The notes: a model not told the origin generated them from the sequence alone. Positions 13,280-27,395 are shown, counted from the stretch's first letter. The stretch is 64,000 nucleotides of DNA from Azolla caroliniana (GCA_043228905.1 JBHGNT010000015.1:12214001-12278000); one strand, 5' to 3'. A program made the numbers and translations.

Positions 13280-14245
13280 TAGGCTTTGGAGTTGTTTCAT
13301 GGAGTAGTAAAAAAACAACCAACAGTGGCACTATCTTCAACGAAGGCAGAATACAAAGCAACATGCATAGCGGCATGTGAGGTAGTTTGGCTAAGAAGAA
13401 TCATTATAGATGTGGCGGTTCCAATAAGGACGATAACGGTATTGAGGTGTGACAATCAGAGTTGCATGGCCGTTGCCAAGAACCCCGTATTTCATGCACA
13501 TACTAAACACATAGAGATTCAGTATCACTATGTGTGGGAGCTAATAAATTATGAGATTGTGGAGCTTGAGTACTGTCTGACATAAGAAAATGCTGCAGAT
13601 ATCTTCACAAAGGTGCTTGGAGTAGAACAACTACAACAACAACTTCGACGACTAGGAGTTGGCCCAATTCCAAGTGAACTCAATGGGTTGACCATTCAGC
13701 GGGCATGTTAGATATAATCAATGATTAGTCCCAAGTTGTAAATCTATCCCCATATGTGCTCTTAGAGGTGTCAATCTAGGAAACTGTAGATGCGTAAGAC
13801 ACAATGTATTTAGGATAGAGCGAAGTAAGCTAATAGGGTTGGCTAATCAAGTTAACTAGAATATTTTGTGGGCAAGTTACAATGTACTTAGTCTTGAAGT
13901 ATGTGCCATTGACTTCTAGATAAGTACTATCTAGCATTAGTCAGTTGACAAAAAAGGAATATCTCCACTACAATCAACTGACTTGCACATTTAGTGTTAT
14001 ACTCCGACCAAACATAGACTATAATTCACTTTCTTACATAGTGGTTGGATTGATTATCAGTCTCAAGTGTCCACTAATTTTGTAGTGAGGTGGTCCATAT
14101 CCCATCTAAGCTCTAAGGTGTGAGCACATGGGTGAACTACCATTGTGAGCTACTCTCATATGTAATAGAAATTTTGTTTTCATATATCCATCTCTGTGGT
14201 TGTAACTCTATATACCTATATTATCAATTCTCAATATTTCTAACA
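13280..14245 (+). mobile_element. Copia RNase H remnant with 3' LTR (13706-14245)
   Basis: KKQPTVALSSTKAEY..LRCDNQS..NPVFHAHTKHIE. LTR bounded by TGTTAGA...TCTAACA. Confidence 0.85.
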
Positions 14246-14593
14246 TACTCAACCCATACATATTAGTTATGTATTCATGCTTGTAAATTGGTTGTAAAGT
14301 CATTTCAACATATGCATTAAGACCATGGTCATGGAGCTTTAGAAAAGCTTTGAACTTTTATTTTTGTTTCATATGGGTAACATGAATTCACCAATAAACC
14401 CCTAAAAGTGTTCTACATAGATGTAACTCCTTTGAGGACAAAATCCTCATAGAGCTTAATTGTACAAATTGCCATCCATCGATTTTTTTGTCTCTTGATC
14501 CCTTGATTATACATATTTTGATCCCTTTGGAGGGATACAATATAGCACAATGAATAAGACTAGTATGTTTGAGATCTTGTGCAACATCCACAT

Positions 14594-15388
14594 CAAGGCC
14601 TGAATTTGACAGGTTAGTATAAAAGTTTTTTGACGGGCATTTTTTAAAGATGTATGTCATATGACACAAGAGTGCAAAAACTAACATGTCATTTGACATA
14701 CAAATTTTAATAATGAAAGTTTTACATGATGTTTTACCAATTTTAATAATGAAAGTTCTATATGATGCTTCATGTTGTACATTTCATTACTATAGAAAGT
14801 GCACACAGATGCACAAATAAACATAACTACCTAACAAAGATAATGAAATACATAAAATTAATATCATGTTAATGTTTTTACTAATAAGTATGAAAAAAAA
14901 GTTAGTAAAAATTTAGTTTTAACTTAACACTTAAAACATTAAAATCAAACCTAGAGTTATACACTCTTATAGTATGTATTTAATAAAGGTTATTGTTTAA
15001 AATTTCAATCAAATCTCAACTAATATTATTAGTAAAGAAATTAAGAATAAATACTTGAGAATATATACCATTATTACATGATAATGATATTATTTTAAGC
15101 GTGTTATAAAAAACATATAATTTTTGGATTTCTTTTATATAGTATTAATATATTATAATACACACTTCATATATGTATATATAATAAGTGACATATGTAT
15201 ATGTATATAATATATATGACATGGAAAATAGAATTTTCACATGTCATTTGACATGCATAATTTGTAGGGGCCTTTCGCATGAAAAATGGATATTTAAACT
15301 TTATATGTCACTTGACGGGCATTTTTATTATGTGTTGACGGTCAAAATGGCCTTCGACGAGCATGACACCCGTCAAATTCCTGCCCTG
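14594..15388. mobile_element. hAT-type MITE
   Basis: Imperfect TIRs CAAGGCCTGAATTTGACAGG / CAGGGCAGGAATTTGACGGG, perfect 8-bp TSD ATCCACAT (14586-14593, 15389-15396), AT-rich core. Confidence 0.88.
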
Positions 15389-16115
15389 ATCCACATCATT
15401 CTACCCTCTACATCTCATTTCACTACTTGTATTTGTGGGGAAGAGATCATTATCACCCTTCCCCTGGAGGTCAAATATACTATTATAGAAGATAAAATAC
15501 ACAATTTTAATGTATGGGTTACAGAATTGATAGAATCAACACTTCATAAGAGTTGCAACTTAAACCATTACATTGCATTATAATGCCATAATAGGTAAAA
15601 TGTCTGTTCATTGTTTTGGTATTGTTGAGATGTCAGTATTCATGTGCAGGTGCCCTATATTGGCATATAAAAGATTTGGTGCCTATTTGGCCTAATTAAG
15701 TCGGTTATAAAAAGACTTTCCATTGTATTCCACAACGAAGAATAGATGTATCAAAGTTGTATGTCAAGGTTGGATTATCATTGTCATCTGCCACAAAGTT
15801 GATGTCATTCTGTAGATAGGACTACATCTAACAAAACCATTTCTCATTTGAAGAAATACAAGAAAATAATAATTTGAAATGATGAAACCAAAAAGGTATT
15901 AAGAGACCAGATTTCTTATATATATATGATTATATCATTGATTGGGAGGCTGTCCAATTCCTTTCCATAATATCAGTCTTTTCTGGTTTTATAGACACAG
16001 GTTCTTGAAACATGGTATAGAACGACAAAATCAATAACAAGTCTGTGTATGCTAGACATCCTAAAAGGATACAATGCTATACATGGTACACATAATTCAT
16101 GGCAAACAAAACTGT

Positions 16116-19100
16116 TCAGTTATACCAATGCAAAAATAGAAGGGCAAGAGGAAAGACAATGAAGAAAAGAATGAGGAAAGTCCGACTACTGTTGGATCGA
16201 TCAATCGCTTTGCGTATCTCTTTGTTTCCTTTATCCACATTTTCTGTTGCAGCCACAGCCTACATCAAGTAGACCAGTGAAAAAAAAAAAAACCTTACAA
16301 GAGAACAAAAATATGTAATAAACACTAATTGTTTAAGAGAAGGAAAATAGAATTAATAGAACATACAATATTTTCCTCATTTAAAGGCAGTGCCACCATG
16401 ATATTAAAAAAAACTCACAGGGGGAGGGGGGGGTTATCTACTGGAAAATAGCATCTGCCTCCATGATTTCAATAAAATAAATAAATAGCAAACCTGCTGA
16501 TATAGTATTTCAATTTGTTGCGCTTGCTGAAGAACATGGGTTGAAAACAAGTGATTTAAAGCAGACATCTCGATCATCTTTCTCTCTGTCTCTTGTGCAG
16601 AATCTAGCAGATTCATAAGCTCCACCTATTACACATGTTTTTCACACGGATTTGTTCATGGAAGGACAATGCGTATATAAATATACATGTGGATAATGCT
16701 CCATGTATATGTACGTAAGCATGACAATTATGTATTATATATAGACCTGCAAGGCATGAGTCTCATCATCCAACAACTGATGCTTTGACTCTAATTCAGG
16801 CCGACTTTCTTGTCTAGTGGCCTCTACAATATCAGCTCCCTTTTCATTTGTCCTCTGTGCAACCATCCCTTTTCTCCATCGTGGCGTAGTTTTTTCAATA
16901 GCTTCTTGAAATCGCACCGCACGTAAGCCATCAAAATATGCAGTCACTGAATGCAACCGTTCACTCAGAATAAGCACCTGGAAAACATAGCTAAAATGTT
17001 TATTTTCATTAACTAAAATTTGATTCACTTGCAATTTTCAACATCTTGAAAAGGGTAAAATGACATGGTGACGACTCATTATGATGATTCTTTTTTTAAA
17101 GGCCCTCTACAAATATGTCCTTAACTAGTGTACAAGGAAAATGGGCAATTGAAAGTAAAACGTAGCATGATGAGGATATTTAGAAGCCAAAGATAGAATC
17201 AACTTATTGTACAGAATACATCTCCACAAATGATAATAGTATTCAAAGCTCACATATATTCAAACACCAACAGTAATGGTGGCCCCACTACATACATTAG
17301 CAGTCTCTTTTCATCTTTGCTAGATCATATACTTGAATTTTTTGCTTATACCAGTACATTTTAGAATGCAAAAGCCACATGTGGCATTTATACCCAAAGA
17401 ATACCATGTTGCATTCACTAATTTGAAGCCCAAATCAGACAAGTTGGATAGTACAGCCCATCAACAGTGAAATATTCAATGACTGGAAAAAAAAAAGTTA
17501 TGCCCTCGTAATACTATATGAATCAAAATTGTAGCATCACGAAAGGATAGATCAGGAAAGTCCATAAATCAAATCTCTTTGAAGAGCTCTTCTTATACAT
17601 AAATTTAGCTCTTCTAATACCAAAAATATTCATGTCAAAGTCACACATCAGCAAGGAAACCAAGAGGAAATCATACCACACCATGCTGGTGTGCAACTAA
17701 ATCAGCATTAGAAGAATTGCCAATGAGTCCACCAAGCCATTTGCTTTGACCTCCAGTTTCATCTCTGCCAATGGTATTCTTCAAAATTTCTACACGTTCT
17801 CGACAAGTCTTAACAAACATTCCCACCTGAAATGAGTAAGAAAACGTACTGTTGCTCAGTTCCCAGATTATCCTGTTTCATGAACTACATCCTTATTTGC
17901 TGGCAGTTACGCACACATTTATCCTATACATGCAACCCAGAAGAACATTCATCTTATTCCATATAAGATAGGTATCAATAAAAATAATTTCATTAATTCC
18001 TTTCATAACATCCGGTAGAGAATCACAATCAAAATACACACGTAACAAAAATTGAAGTGGATGATGTCTTCTTTTAAATAAGGCTCCATTGATGACTTTC
18101 AATAGTGGACTGATATATATTCCATTGACAGTAGACAATCCAGCATTTTGAACAAAATGAAAGAAGAAAATTAGTATTTAAAATTTAAAATTTTAAAATA
18201 GCATACCTCATGCTCAATGCTGTCTCGATCTTGTTCGGTACTTCGATGACGATCAGTGTAATCTTTGTGATGTGTTACAATAAATGTGTGCAATGTATTG
18301 ATACTTCTCATCTGCATGACATAGAGATTACATCAACAATGTACGAGAAAGGATCTCTAGTTGGAAACTATGGGCTGCAATAGCAGGAGCAGAACATGCC
18401 ATTTACAGAGAAGTAAAATAACTTAGAAAAGTCAGAATATATCAGCATATCGTTCCTGGTACTGAGCATTTAAACAGCATTGCTGCTGGAAGTCAAGTCA
18501 AAAAGCTGAAATAAAGAAAGAATGATATATTAATGTCTTTTAAGAGGCCAAAATGGCCTATAAGACCAAACAAGACATTACATCTTAAGCTTTGTCTCAT
18601 CTTTGAGAAAAACAAATCAAAATAAAATAAATATTACTCAGTAAATAATTATTAATGTTATATTGAAATGGTATTCTTCAAGATAATAATGTGAGAAAAC
18701 TGTTACGAACAGTAATAACATGCCAAAGAGGCTTCCAGCAGCAGAAAAATAAACAAAACAAGGAGTATTTTTTAGTGACGCTAAAAGCCTTTAAATACAA
18801 AAATGAGACTGCAGGTTCATAGAAGATGCACTTATGAAAGGGAATAAAATATGTCTTGGAGCATAATGAATTAAAATAGTTGAGCAGTGAAGAAAAAATT
18901 GTGAGGGTTTTGTCCCTCCTACTGGGAGAAGTCGGCAGTTGAATTGGAGGAGTCGACAAGCCAAATTCAGGATGGTCGATCGGATCGACCAGCGAGTCGA
19001 CTGTGGTAGTCGACTATATTGGATGGACGATCCAAGTGAATGACTAGGCCGACTAGTTGAGCCAAACTGATGGTCGATGACAAAGTCTGCTAGTCAGACC

Positions 19101-21162
19101 GACTCGATAGTCGACATAAGAATCAGCTAGTCAAATCGACTAGACTATCGACTTGTGGGTGGGACAGTCAAGTCGACCAGTCAGCCGATTAACTGCTATT
19201 ATTATAATATAATAATAATAACTTATTTCTTATATAAATATGTGGAGCTAGGGCAAACTTTAAGGGGGAAATTGTGGAACTGTGCAGAACAGTTAAGAGT
19301 GCTCAAAGAGAATAACAGAGAGAAGTAAGGAGACAAGAGGGAAAATGAGCGTAGGCATAGTTAGGGGAACGTGCCAAAACCTTAAGTGAGGATTCTCTGA
19401 TCTTCAGAGATTTGTAATCTGTTTCTATTGTACTTCTGTCTATAGTGAAAATCTGTTGCCCCGTGGTTTTCCCTGTTTTAGGGTTTCCATGTAAAATTTG
19501 TGTACTATATTTTTTTGTTTTCTGTTCTGTACATTTCAGTCTCTTTCTCATCTATCTACGATCCTAAGTCCTAACAAACTGGTATCAAAGCTTGAGGTGC
19601 AAGATGGAAGGTGGTGTGAGTGGTTTTCCAGGAATGATAGTCCCAAACTGACACAACTACTCTGATTGGAATATCAGGATGGAAGATCTTTTGATAGTCA
19701 AAGACCTGTACAAGCCCATAGACAAGAGTGAAATACCCACAGGGGTGTTGGAGTCTGAGTGGAAAGTCTTGAAAAAGAAGGCAATCGCCACATCACACAG
19801 TGTGTAGACATAAGTGTTCTACAGCATGTGGTTAACGACACAGCATGAGGGGACGTGTTGAGAATCAAGCTCAATTTGTGTGAACATGTGCTTATGAAGA
19901 AAAGGACAATGTGTGAAAAAGTGTGTGAGCACACTTTATTGTAATTGGTGTAGTTGTCGAGTGTTAATGTGGTCAAAGAATATTACATATTCTTATGACA
20001 AAAACGTACTCAAGTGGATATCTTGGTTAGATTCCACCAACACATTTAATATGGCAGTCCCTTGAGGACTTCTATATAAAACCCCCTTTGCCCATTCTAT
20101 TTAGTTGATGATCTTTAGTTAATTAATATAGCTCTCTTCAGTGCATAAGCTGCCATCCCCCTACTGCGTGTTTTCTTATTTTCTGGTTATTCTCTCTGAT
20201 TCCTTCTCTTGCTTATACACACACACTATGCTTCTGAATATTCAACTCTACTAGAGTTAGATTCTTTACAATGTATATATCATGTAAGCATGATTAACTG
20301 GAAAGTTACATTAGAAATTTGTTATGAAACTTTATGCATGATAATATAAGTTTAAAATACCATACAATTTCAATTCCAGCACTTGTGAAGGCAGACCGCC
20401 CGATAGCTTTTGGCATGATCAAAGAGCTTGTCAATTTCATTATGGTTGCCTATTGCAAATGTAAGATACAACACATATTTAGTGAATTTGAAATACCTAG
20501 CAGTCTAACAAAATTACATTTAAAATACTAAAGCATAATTAATGCAAACAATGCAACATTGTTGCAAGTGAATCCTTTCTTGGTAGCAACATTCTCCATC
20601 TGAAGGGATAGTGACTAAAGAAAGAGAAACTTCTCACATGATCGTTCCTCATCTTCATGCTCTTGAATACCATATAATGACTGAAGGGTGAGCTACTCTC
20701 TTACAACCGTTAATCATTAAAGATCTCATGCCGCTACTCAGGCTCTATAAGCATCAATGTTTTTCTACAACAGGGAATCAGAAATGAATAGTGTACACAG
20801 CATCGAGCCTTTAAAGGGGACGAAAACATCCCATATGATCCATTATGGAATTCTTACATGTGTACATGCCCACGCATGGATAAGTTACATAAAGATATAG
20901 TTAACCTTGAGAACTTGATAGTTTCGCAACATTTTCCGCAAGAAGGTTAGTTCCGTCGATTAGCATCAATATAATACTGACAATGTATCATAATATAAGT
21001 AGCATTGAAAATACACATTTTATATCTTTGACACTAGTGAAAGATGCTTTATGAAAAATAAAACAAGGATGTGATCTAACTAACCTCATCCAGCCCTTGC
21101 TTGACAGCCACAGCACGAATGCAAGTTTTGAACTCATTGGTTATATCTCTTGCTGTTCCCAT
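16116..21162 (-). CDS. SYP81: Syntaxin-81 (syntaxin-18/Ufe1-type ER Qa-SNARE), 307 aa, 7 coding exons
   Basis: Exons 21162-21085 (MGTARDITNEFK..), 20449-20366, 18311-18207 (..STEQDRDSIEHE), 17826-17677 (..AHQHGV), 16977-16747 (VLILSERLHSVTAYFDGLRAVRFQ), 16625-16494 (QETERKMIEMSALNHLFSTHVLQQAQQIE) and 16259-16116 (GNKEIRKAI..SSRTFLILFF..LLFLHWYN*, TM anchor). All introns are GT-AG phase 0 and the frame is open throughout. Confidence 0.95.
18900..19845 (+). mobile_element. Copia 5' LTR (18900-19576), PBS-iMet and gag fragment in SYP81 intron 2
   Basis: TG...TAACA LTR with GTCGAC-rich U3, PBS TGGTATCAAAGC 19580-19591, gag MEGGVSGFPG..MEDLLIVKDLYKPI. Same family as 56350-59915. Confidence 0.8.
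19846..20270 (+). mobile_element. PPT plus 3' LTR of a second Copia family in SYP81 intron 2
   Basis: GAGGGGACG then TGTTGAGAATCAAGCT...ATTCTTTACA. Termini match the LTR at 62168-62536. Confidence 0.7.
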
Positions 21163-22169
21163 CTTCAGCGGCGAGAGGATACTTGATCTCTAAGGTCAAG
21201 TTGACATTCAAAGGCAGCCCATGGAGGATGGAATGCTTCACATGAAAAAGTTATTTGAAATCATCGGTAAATCCTTGATAAAAATCTATTTATTATGCTT
21301 TGTACCTTAAGGGCAGTTAGATTTATAAAGGCAAAAATAATAAATCCATGAGAAGGATCAAATGGTTTTCACAAGTTCTAAATTCACAAAATAGCTCGTT
21401 AGATAAAATGAGAAACCTACATGGCAATATCTATTGGTCAAAAGAAAATAGAATGATATTGTGCAATGTTACACCATGATATGTTGTCCGCATGTATGGA
21501 ATATGATAAATTCATGACACCATTGGATGATAATGTGAAACACTGCATCATGATATGGAATATGATGATTTCTAGGAAAAGTATTATCGTGCCGGTGCAA
21601 ATTTGAATCATATCATGTAGTCTATATGTGCAATATGGTGATTCTCGAACAAAATAGGATGATATTAGTGTTTAATGTTGCATGGTGAAAGTCGTATGTC
21701 CATGTGGAATGTAATGATTACTAGACTAAATATGGCAATCCTAGAGTGAAATGGTGCATCATGAGATGATGGAATATGATATACTCGTGTCTGATGTTGC
21801 ATCAAGGTATGATTAACGTATATGAGGAATAGCAATGATTTTCTGACACAGAATGCTGATAGTAGTGTGCAAATGTTGCATCATGCAAAAGGTTAACACT
21901 AGTGTAAAATTGTTGTGTGTCATGACATTTTTGGCGATTCCACGGATCTATACGATGGAATCTGCAAAGTAAAGTTTTGACTGATTCCCCCAGGACATAG
22001 TGATTGATCCATTCAAAGTGATTACAACATTGAATCACTGGAATCGAGGGGAGAGAGAGAGAGAGAGAAAGAGGGAGAATACCTGGTAAGTCTTGTTGCT
22101 TGGCGATGGAAAGAATATACCAGTGAGATTCGAGGAACTTCTTGGGCGTCGCAACAATCCATAACAAGC

Positions 22170-25100
22170 TGTTTTTAGGTTATATACATGTTAAAGCAAA
22201 TTGTTTTGAGCAAATTTATCCATATATTTCTGCAAAACAGAACCTAAAAATTGGGGCTTTTGCTCCTATATGCATCGAAAAGCTGAGTATTAGCTTTATA
22301 TATGCTCTCTGAGGTCAAAGATAACATTAGTTGTTTTTAAGCATGGATTAAAGTTCTGAAATTCTCTACGCAAAAAAATTAGAGATCAATTTTTGTGCCC
22401 AAAATTGCTTATTTTTGCCCCGATTTCTCTTGTGACCTTTTAGAGCTATGGTGCATTGTTTCTTGAGGTTAGTTTCTAATTTTGGTACATTTGACCTAAA
22501 ATTCTAGCAGGTTAACCTCTATATTGTGCAACTATAGCATCATCCTCCTCAGATGTGAAGAATCTATTTGAGATTTGACGATTTGCGGGAACGAGTTTTG
22601 ACTTGTGGAAGGAGAGAATGTAAGGAATTCTCTTTCTAAAGGATTGTGATAGGGCATTGGAGGCAGAAAAACCAGAGAACATGTCAGAAGATGCATGGAG
22701 GATTTTGAACAAAAAGGTTAACACATATATTAAGATGGTTGTTTCTAATGAGATTTTGGTAGATCTCAAAGGCTTGATATCTACTTTCGAAATATGGGCT
22801 AAGCTGAAGGCTACATATGAAAACAATACGCTTTTAATCAAGTACATCTAATGCTAAAGCTTGTTGGCTTGCAGCTGGATGAATCTAAGAGTGCAACTAA
22901 ACACTTGTCTTTGTTTACAAGCACCTTACCATAGCTACAAGACTCAGGAATGGCTCCTTTTGATGACAAGCTCAGGGCCATTTTCTTGCTTATGACACTA
23001 CCTGACTCATGGGAGACATTGGTAGTCTCATTGTCTAATAACCCCAACTTGACCTTTGATGGTGTTAAGGGTTCCATACTCAATGAAGATATCAAGAAAA
23101 AAACAAGTGGACAAGGTGGCAACTCAATCAACATGGTTAGAGGTGGGACAGACAAGAGAAGTAGATATGTACACAAGAACAAAAGTAGAAGCAAGGAACG
23201 GGGAAATAGCTGCAAAGGTAAAAGCAATGATGTAACATGCTATCAGTGTCGCAAGAAAGGCCACAAGAAACCTAATTGCCGCTATTACAAAGCAGAACTT
23301 GAAAAAAAGCAGAATTTTGGAGATAAGAAAAAGTACAATATCGATGCACATGACAAACAAAAGTATAAAGAGAAGGCCAATTTGGCCTCCTAATGTAATC
23401 ATTGAGGAGCTATCAGATGTTAAGGACATTGTATATGCCACTTTTTCAGCTGATGATACTTATGCATATGATGCCTCTGTAAATGTTCATTCACAAGATA
23501 TGTGCATCACTAAGAATGTTCTTATTGATACTTTGTTGACCGTCAATGGTGCATTGGCCCAAACATAGATAGTAGTTGACTTTGGTGCTTCATTTCATGT
23601 GACTTCTATCAAGGAGTGTTTTTCTACTTTTATTGCACGCAACCATGGCCATGTATACCTTGGAAATCATGCATGTTCCATTGAGGGTATTGGCATTGTG
23701 CATTTTTCTACAAATGGCACTAATGAGTTAGTTTTGCATAATGTATGTTATGTACTAAGGATCAAGAAGAAATTGCTTTTTGCGGGTCAAATGAATATGC
23801 ATGGTTATAGCATTCTCTTTGAGAGAGGATCATGGAAAATGACAAAAGGTTCAAGGCTGATTGTGAAAGGCACAAAGAAGGGAACTCTTTATTGTTTACA
23901 AGGAAATGTTATATCAAGCAAGTTTATTGCTTTGGCTGAAGTTCACTCCCATATGAAGTTGTGGCATAAGAGACTTGGCCATATGAGCCAAAAGGGTCTT
24001 GCTAGGCTTCGTAATCTAATGAAGCTTAATGCTAAAGGTACAAAGCTCAACTTTTGTAATGAATGCCAATATGGAAAGCAAGTAAAGCGTAAGTCTCGTA
24101 AGTCTTGTGTACTTGATCTTGTTCATTCTTATGTGTGTAGCATGCCCACCAAATCTATGGGGGCTGTTGTGTATTTTATTTCATTTGTTGATGATTTCTA
24201 TAGAAAAATATGGGTTCAATTGCTTAAATCTAAAGATGAAGACTTAACTGCATTTAAGCATTTTCATGCATTTGTGACTACCCAAACAGGCAGAAAGCTG
24301 AAATGTTTGCGTACGAATAATGATGGTGAGTATACAAGTGCTGAATTCAAGAAATTTTGTGAAATTTTGGGTATTAAGAGGGAGCTTATTGTTCTATACA
24401 GCCCCTCTTCTAATGGTGTGGTTGAATGATATAATAGGACACTTTGTGAGAGGGTGAGATGCCTACTGTCCACCGCTAATCTCCCTCATGGATTTACGTG
24501 TCTTTAAAAGGTGACATCCCTGAAGAGGTTTGGTCTGGTAAACCTGCTTCATATGATCACTTACGTGTCTTTGGCTGCGAGGCTTTTGTACATATAAGGC
24601 TTGAGCTGAGAAACAAACTTGATGTCAAGTCCATTAAAGGCTTCTTCATGGGATATGGTGAAGAAGGCAAAATGGGCTACAAGATTTGGATACCCCAACT
24701 CAAGAAGGTTATATGCAACCGGGATGTTTTCAATGAGGCAAGGCTGCTTCAAAACAATTGTGCCTCAAAAGATGACCATAAAAGAGTTAGATTTCAGCAT
24801 GACCAGCCACCTGTTAGACTTAGTTTTGACCATCAGGATGCACCACAAAGGACTGAAAATATTGATGATCCAGTGCTTTTGGAGCCAAAAGACAGCAAGA
24901 TGAGGATCCTGAGGGGAATATGCAGCCAAGTAATAACGCTGAAAATGGCACTGAAAATAAGGGACAGTAGCCTAATAATGATGATTTAGACATACCACCT
25001 GATATTGACCCATTGCCTGACAATGTGGATCATTGGGTGAGACGTTCTACTCGTATTAGACGAAATGTGAGTAGATTTGACCCCTCGCTGCACTACATAA

Positions 25101-25560
25101 TGTTGATAGCTGAGGGAGAACATCTTACATATAAAGAGGCAAAGGCATGTGAGCACAACAATAAGTGGGAGCTTGCTATGCAAGAAGAGATTAAGGCTTT
25201 GTATTCAAATAATACTTGGGACTTGCTTATTGCACAAGGATGCACTACATAATGTAGATAGATGAGGGAGAACATCTTACATATAAAGAGGCAAAGGCAT
25301 GTGAGCACAACAATAAATGGGAGCTTGCTATGCAAGAAGAGATTAAGGCTTTGCATTCAAATAATACTTGGGACTTGCTTATTGCACAAGGATGCACTAC
25401 ATAATTTGATAGATGAGGGAGAACATCTTACATATAAAGAGGCAAAGGCATGTGAGCACAACAATAAATGGGAGCTTGCTATGCAAGAAGAGATTAAGGC
25501 TTTGCATTCAAATAATACTTGGGACTTGCTTATTGCACAAGGATGCATGCTATAGGTAGT
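22170..25560 (+). mobile_element. Degenerate Copia internal region (gag-PR-IN-start of RT)
   Basis: Gag LLMTLPDSWETLVVSL, knuckle CYQCRKKGHKKPNC, protease VDFGASFH, WHKRLGHMS, integrase LRTNNDGEY, RT start AMQEEIKAL..NNTWDL. 5' boundary approximate. Confidence 0.9.
25089..25547 (+). repeat. Three tandem copies of a 152-bp unit at the start of the Copia RT
   Basis: Units start at 25089, 25241 and 25393 with TGCACTACATAA. TGCA microhomology at the junctions. Confidence 0.9.
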
Positions 25561-26557
25561 TGGCATGCAAGGAGGCGTTGTCGCGATAACGCTCGTGCGT
25601 GGTACTATGTACTCGAGCGGGACCACAGAGTTCTTAGACCAAGGAGTCAGCAAGGTGGGGGAAGATCGGAGATTGACCTTTGTCGAAGACGGCACCTTGT
25701 CGGGCTAAGGTTTGTCGACCTTTGGGCTCGTCGACCTTTGGGCTTGTCATGCTTTGGGCTCATCAACCTTTCGCACTCAATGACCTTTCTTGTCGAACAA
25801 ACTAGACAGGGAAAGGACGACTACCACGATATTGGTGGGTTTATACAAACTAGACAAGGATATCTTACAACATTAAGGGTTACAACAATTAAAGACAAAC
25901 TACCACGATACCGGTGGGTTTATACAAATGATCATACGATTAGAATACGAACGAGAACAAAGCAATTGAAGGGATGGCTAAACGATTCCAGTGAAGGTGA
26001 GTCTAGTGGCCGTTGAGACTTCGACTAACTCTGTTGGCTACATTGCCATGCATCGGATTATTGCCCCCTTCCTTTGATGCCGCCAACATATAGTGTTCTC
26101 TGTGGTGGAGAAGATGATCGAACTTCAGAAATAGTCGTAGGAAGATAAGCTCAAAGTGGAAGAAGAAACCCAAACCCAAAACTCTAGAGTAAGGAGAAGA
26201 ATAGAAAACAAACCCTCACAAGACCTAAGGCTACAAGGCAAAAGAAACCCTAGACGTTGACAAAAAGAAAAGGAAACCCTAAACTTTCTTACTAAGACGA
26301 TAAAGGAGGAGAAGAAGTCAAGCCCAAAACCCCTAAGTCCTCTAGTAAGTTGAGGAGAAGTAGAAGAAAAAAAAAAGAAGCCCTAACGGTCCACATCAAA
26401 CAACAAAAACGGTACCCAAAATAAACTTCCTTCTCTTCCTTTTGTAGAGAAAAAGAGGAGTCTATTTTCGGCATTAAATGCACTTATTCCCCTCCTTTCT
26501 TCGAAAAAGGAAAGAGAATAAATAACCTTTTATTCACGTTGCACTGGTAGAGATTTG

Positions 26558-26979
26558 TGTTGGAGGGTGGCAGCTCCAAACCTGCACTCTCTTTCATCTT
26601 TATTATCTCTGTACCACATTCTCTCTCTTCCCAAATTCTTTTCTCTCTAGAATCTGCAATGCTTTAAATGCCTTTTGTCTCTTCCACTTTTTCCAAGATA
26701 TTCCCTTTTTTTATTCCTAGTTTATTGTACCTGTTTGGTAGTACAAGAGTCTCTTAACTACCAAACAACCATTCCCAATTTTGTATAAATAGGCTTATAC
26801 CAGCCTCTTTTGTAATGAGATTATTTTCTGCTGCTACTTAGAAACATGCACAACTCTTTGGCTATGTCTCTGCTCTTTGCAACCATTTTTTCTACTACTG
26901 TCTAACAGCCTTCTCATAGCTTGGCTGTGTCTATTTTGTTCTAACTCTTCCGCTGCTTCTATTAACAGCTTTTCTCACA
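26558..26979 (+). mobile_element. Unrelated 422-bp solo LTR
   Basis: TGTTGG...CTCACA, 5-bp TSD ATTTG (26553-26557, 26980-26984), TATAAATA near 26784. Confidence 0.8.
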
Positions 26980-27346
26980 ATTTGAACTCTGCACCCCGAC
27001 AAGCCCATAGAATAGTTGTAACCACTAGGCTATTCACTCTTGTTTATTTTTATTTTTCTTTGTATACTTATCTTTTTGTAACGTGCGTGGACCTTCACCC
27101 CTAAACCCTAAACCCTCTGCTCTTTGCAACCATTTTTTCTACTGCTGTCTAACAACCTTCTCATAGCTTGGCTATGTCTATTTTGTTCTAACTCTTCCGC
27201 TGCTTCTATTAACAGCTTTTCTCACAATTTGAACTCTGCACCCCAACAAGCCCATAGAATAGTTGTAACCACTAGGCTATTCACTCTTGTTTATTTTTAT
27301 TTTTTTTTGTATACTTATCTTTTTGTAACGTGCGTGGACCTTCACC
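26868..27346 (+). repeat. Direct duplication (247-bp period) with CCCTAAA filler
   Basis: Copies 26868-27099 and 27115-27346 are nearly identical, with CCCTAAACCCTAAACCC at the junction. Confidence 0.9.
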
Positions 27347-27395
27347 GTTTCTCTTTTTCTACCTTAGGCCACGCCACATCATGACAACACAACGT

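Larger units (their letters stand above)
25579..27386 (-). mobile_element. Solo LTR of the Trp-primed Gypsy group (contains a nested solo LTR and a tandem duplication)
   Basis: Minus-strand start TGTCATGATGTGGCG resembles the G4 LTR start. The other end, TGTCGCG..GAGCGGGACCAC..TTAGACCAAGGAG, matches the reverse complement of the G4 U5 end. Confidence 0.75.

Noticed and set aside
19260-19275. PPT-LTR-PBS tandem junction suggested by AAGGGGGAAAT-TG
   Set aside because: Comparison with the 58441-59915 LTR indicates the LTR begins at 18900, so this purine run is internal.
25089-25547. CRISPR-like arrays (also 59320-59487 and 51430-52620)
   Set aside because: Eukaryotic context, no unique spacers, no cas genes. 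These are plain tandem or modular repeats.
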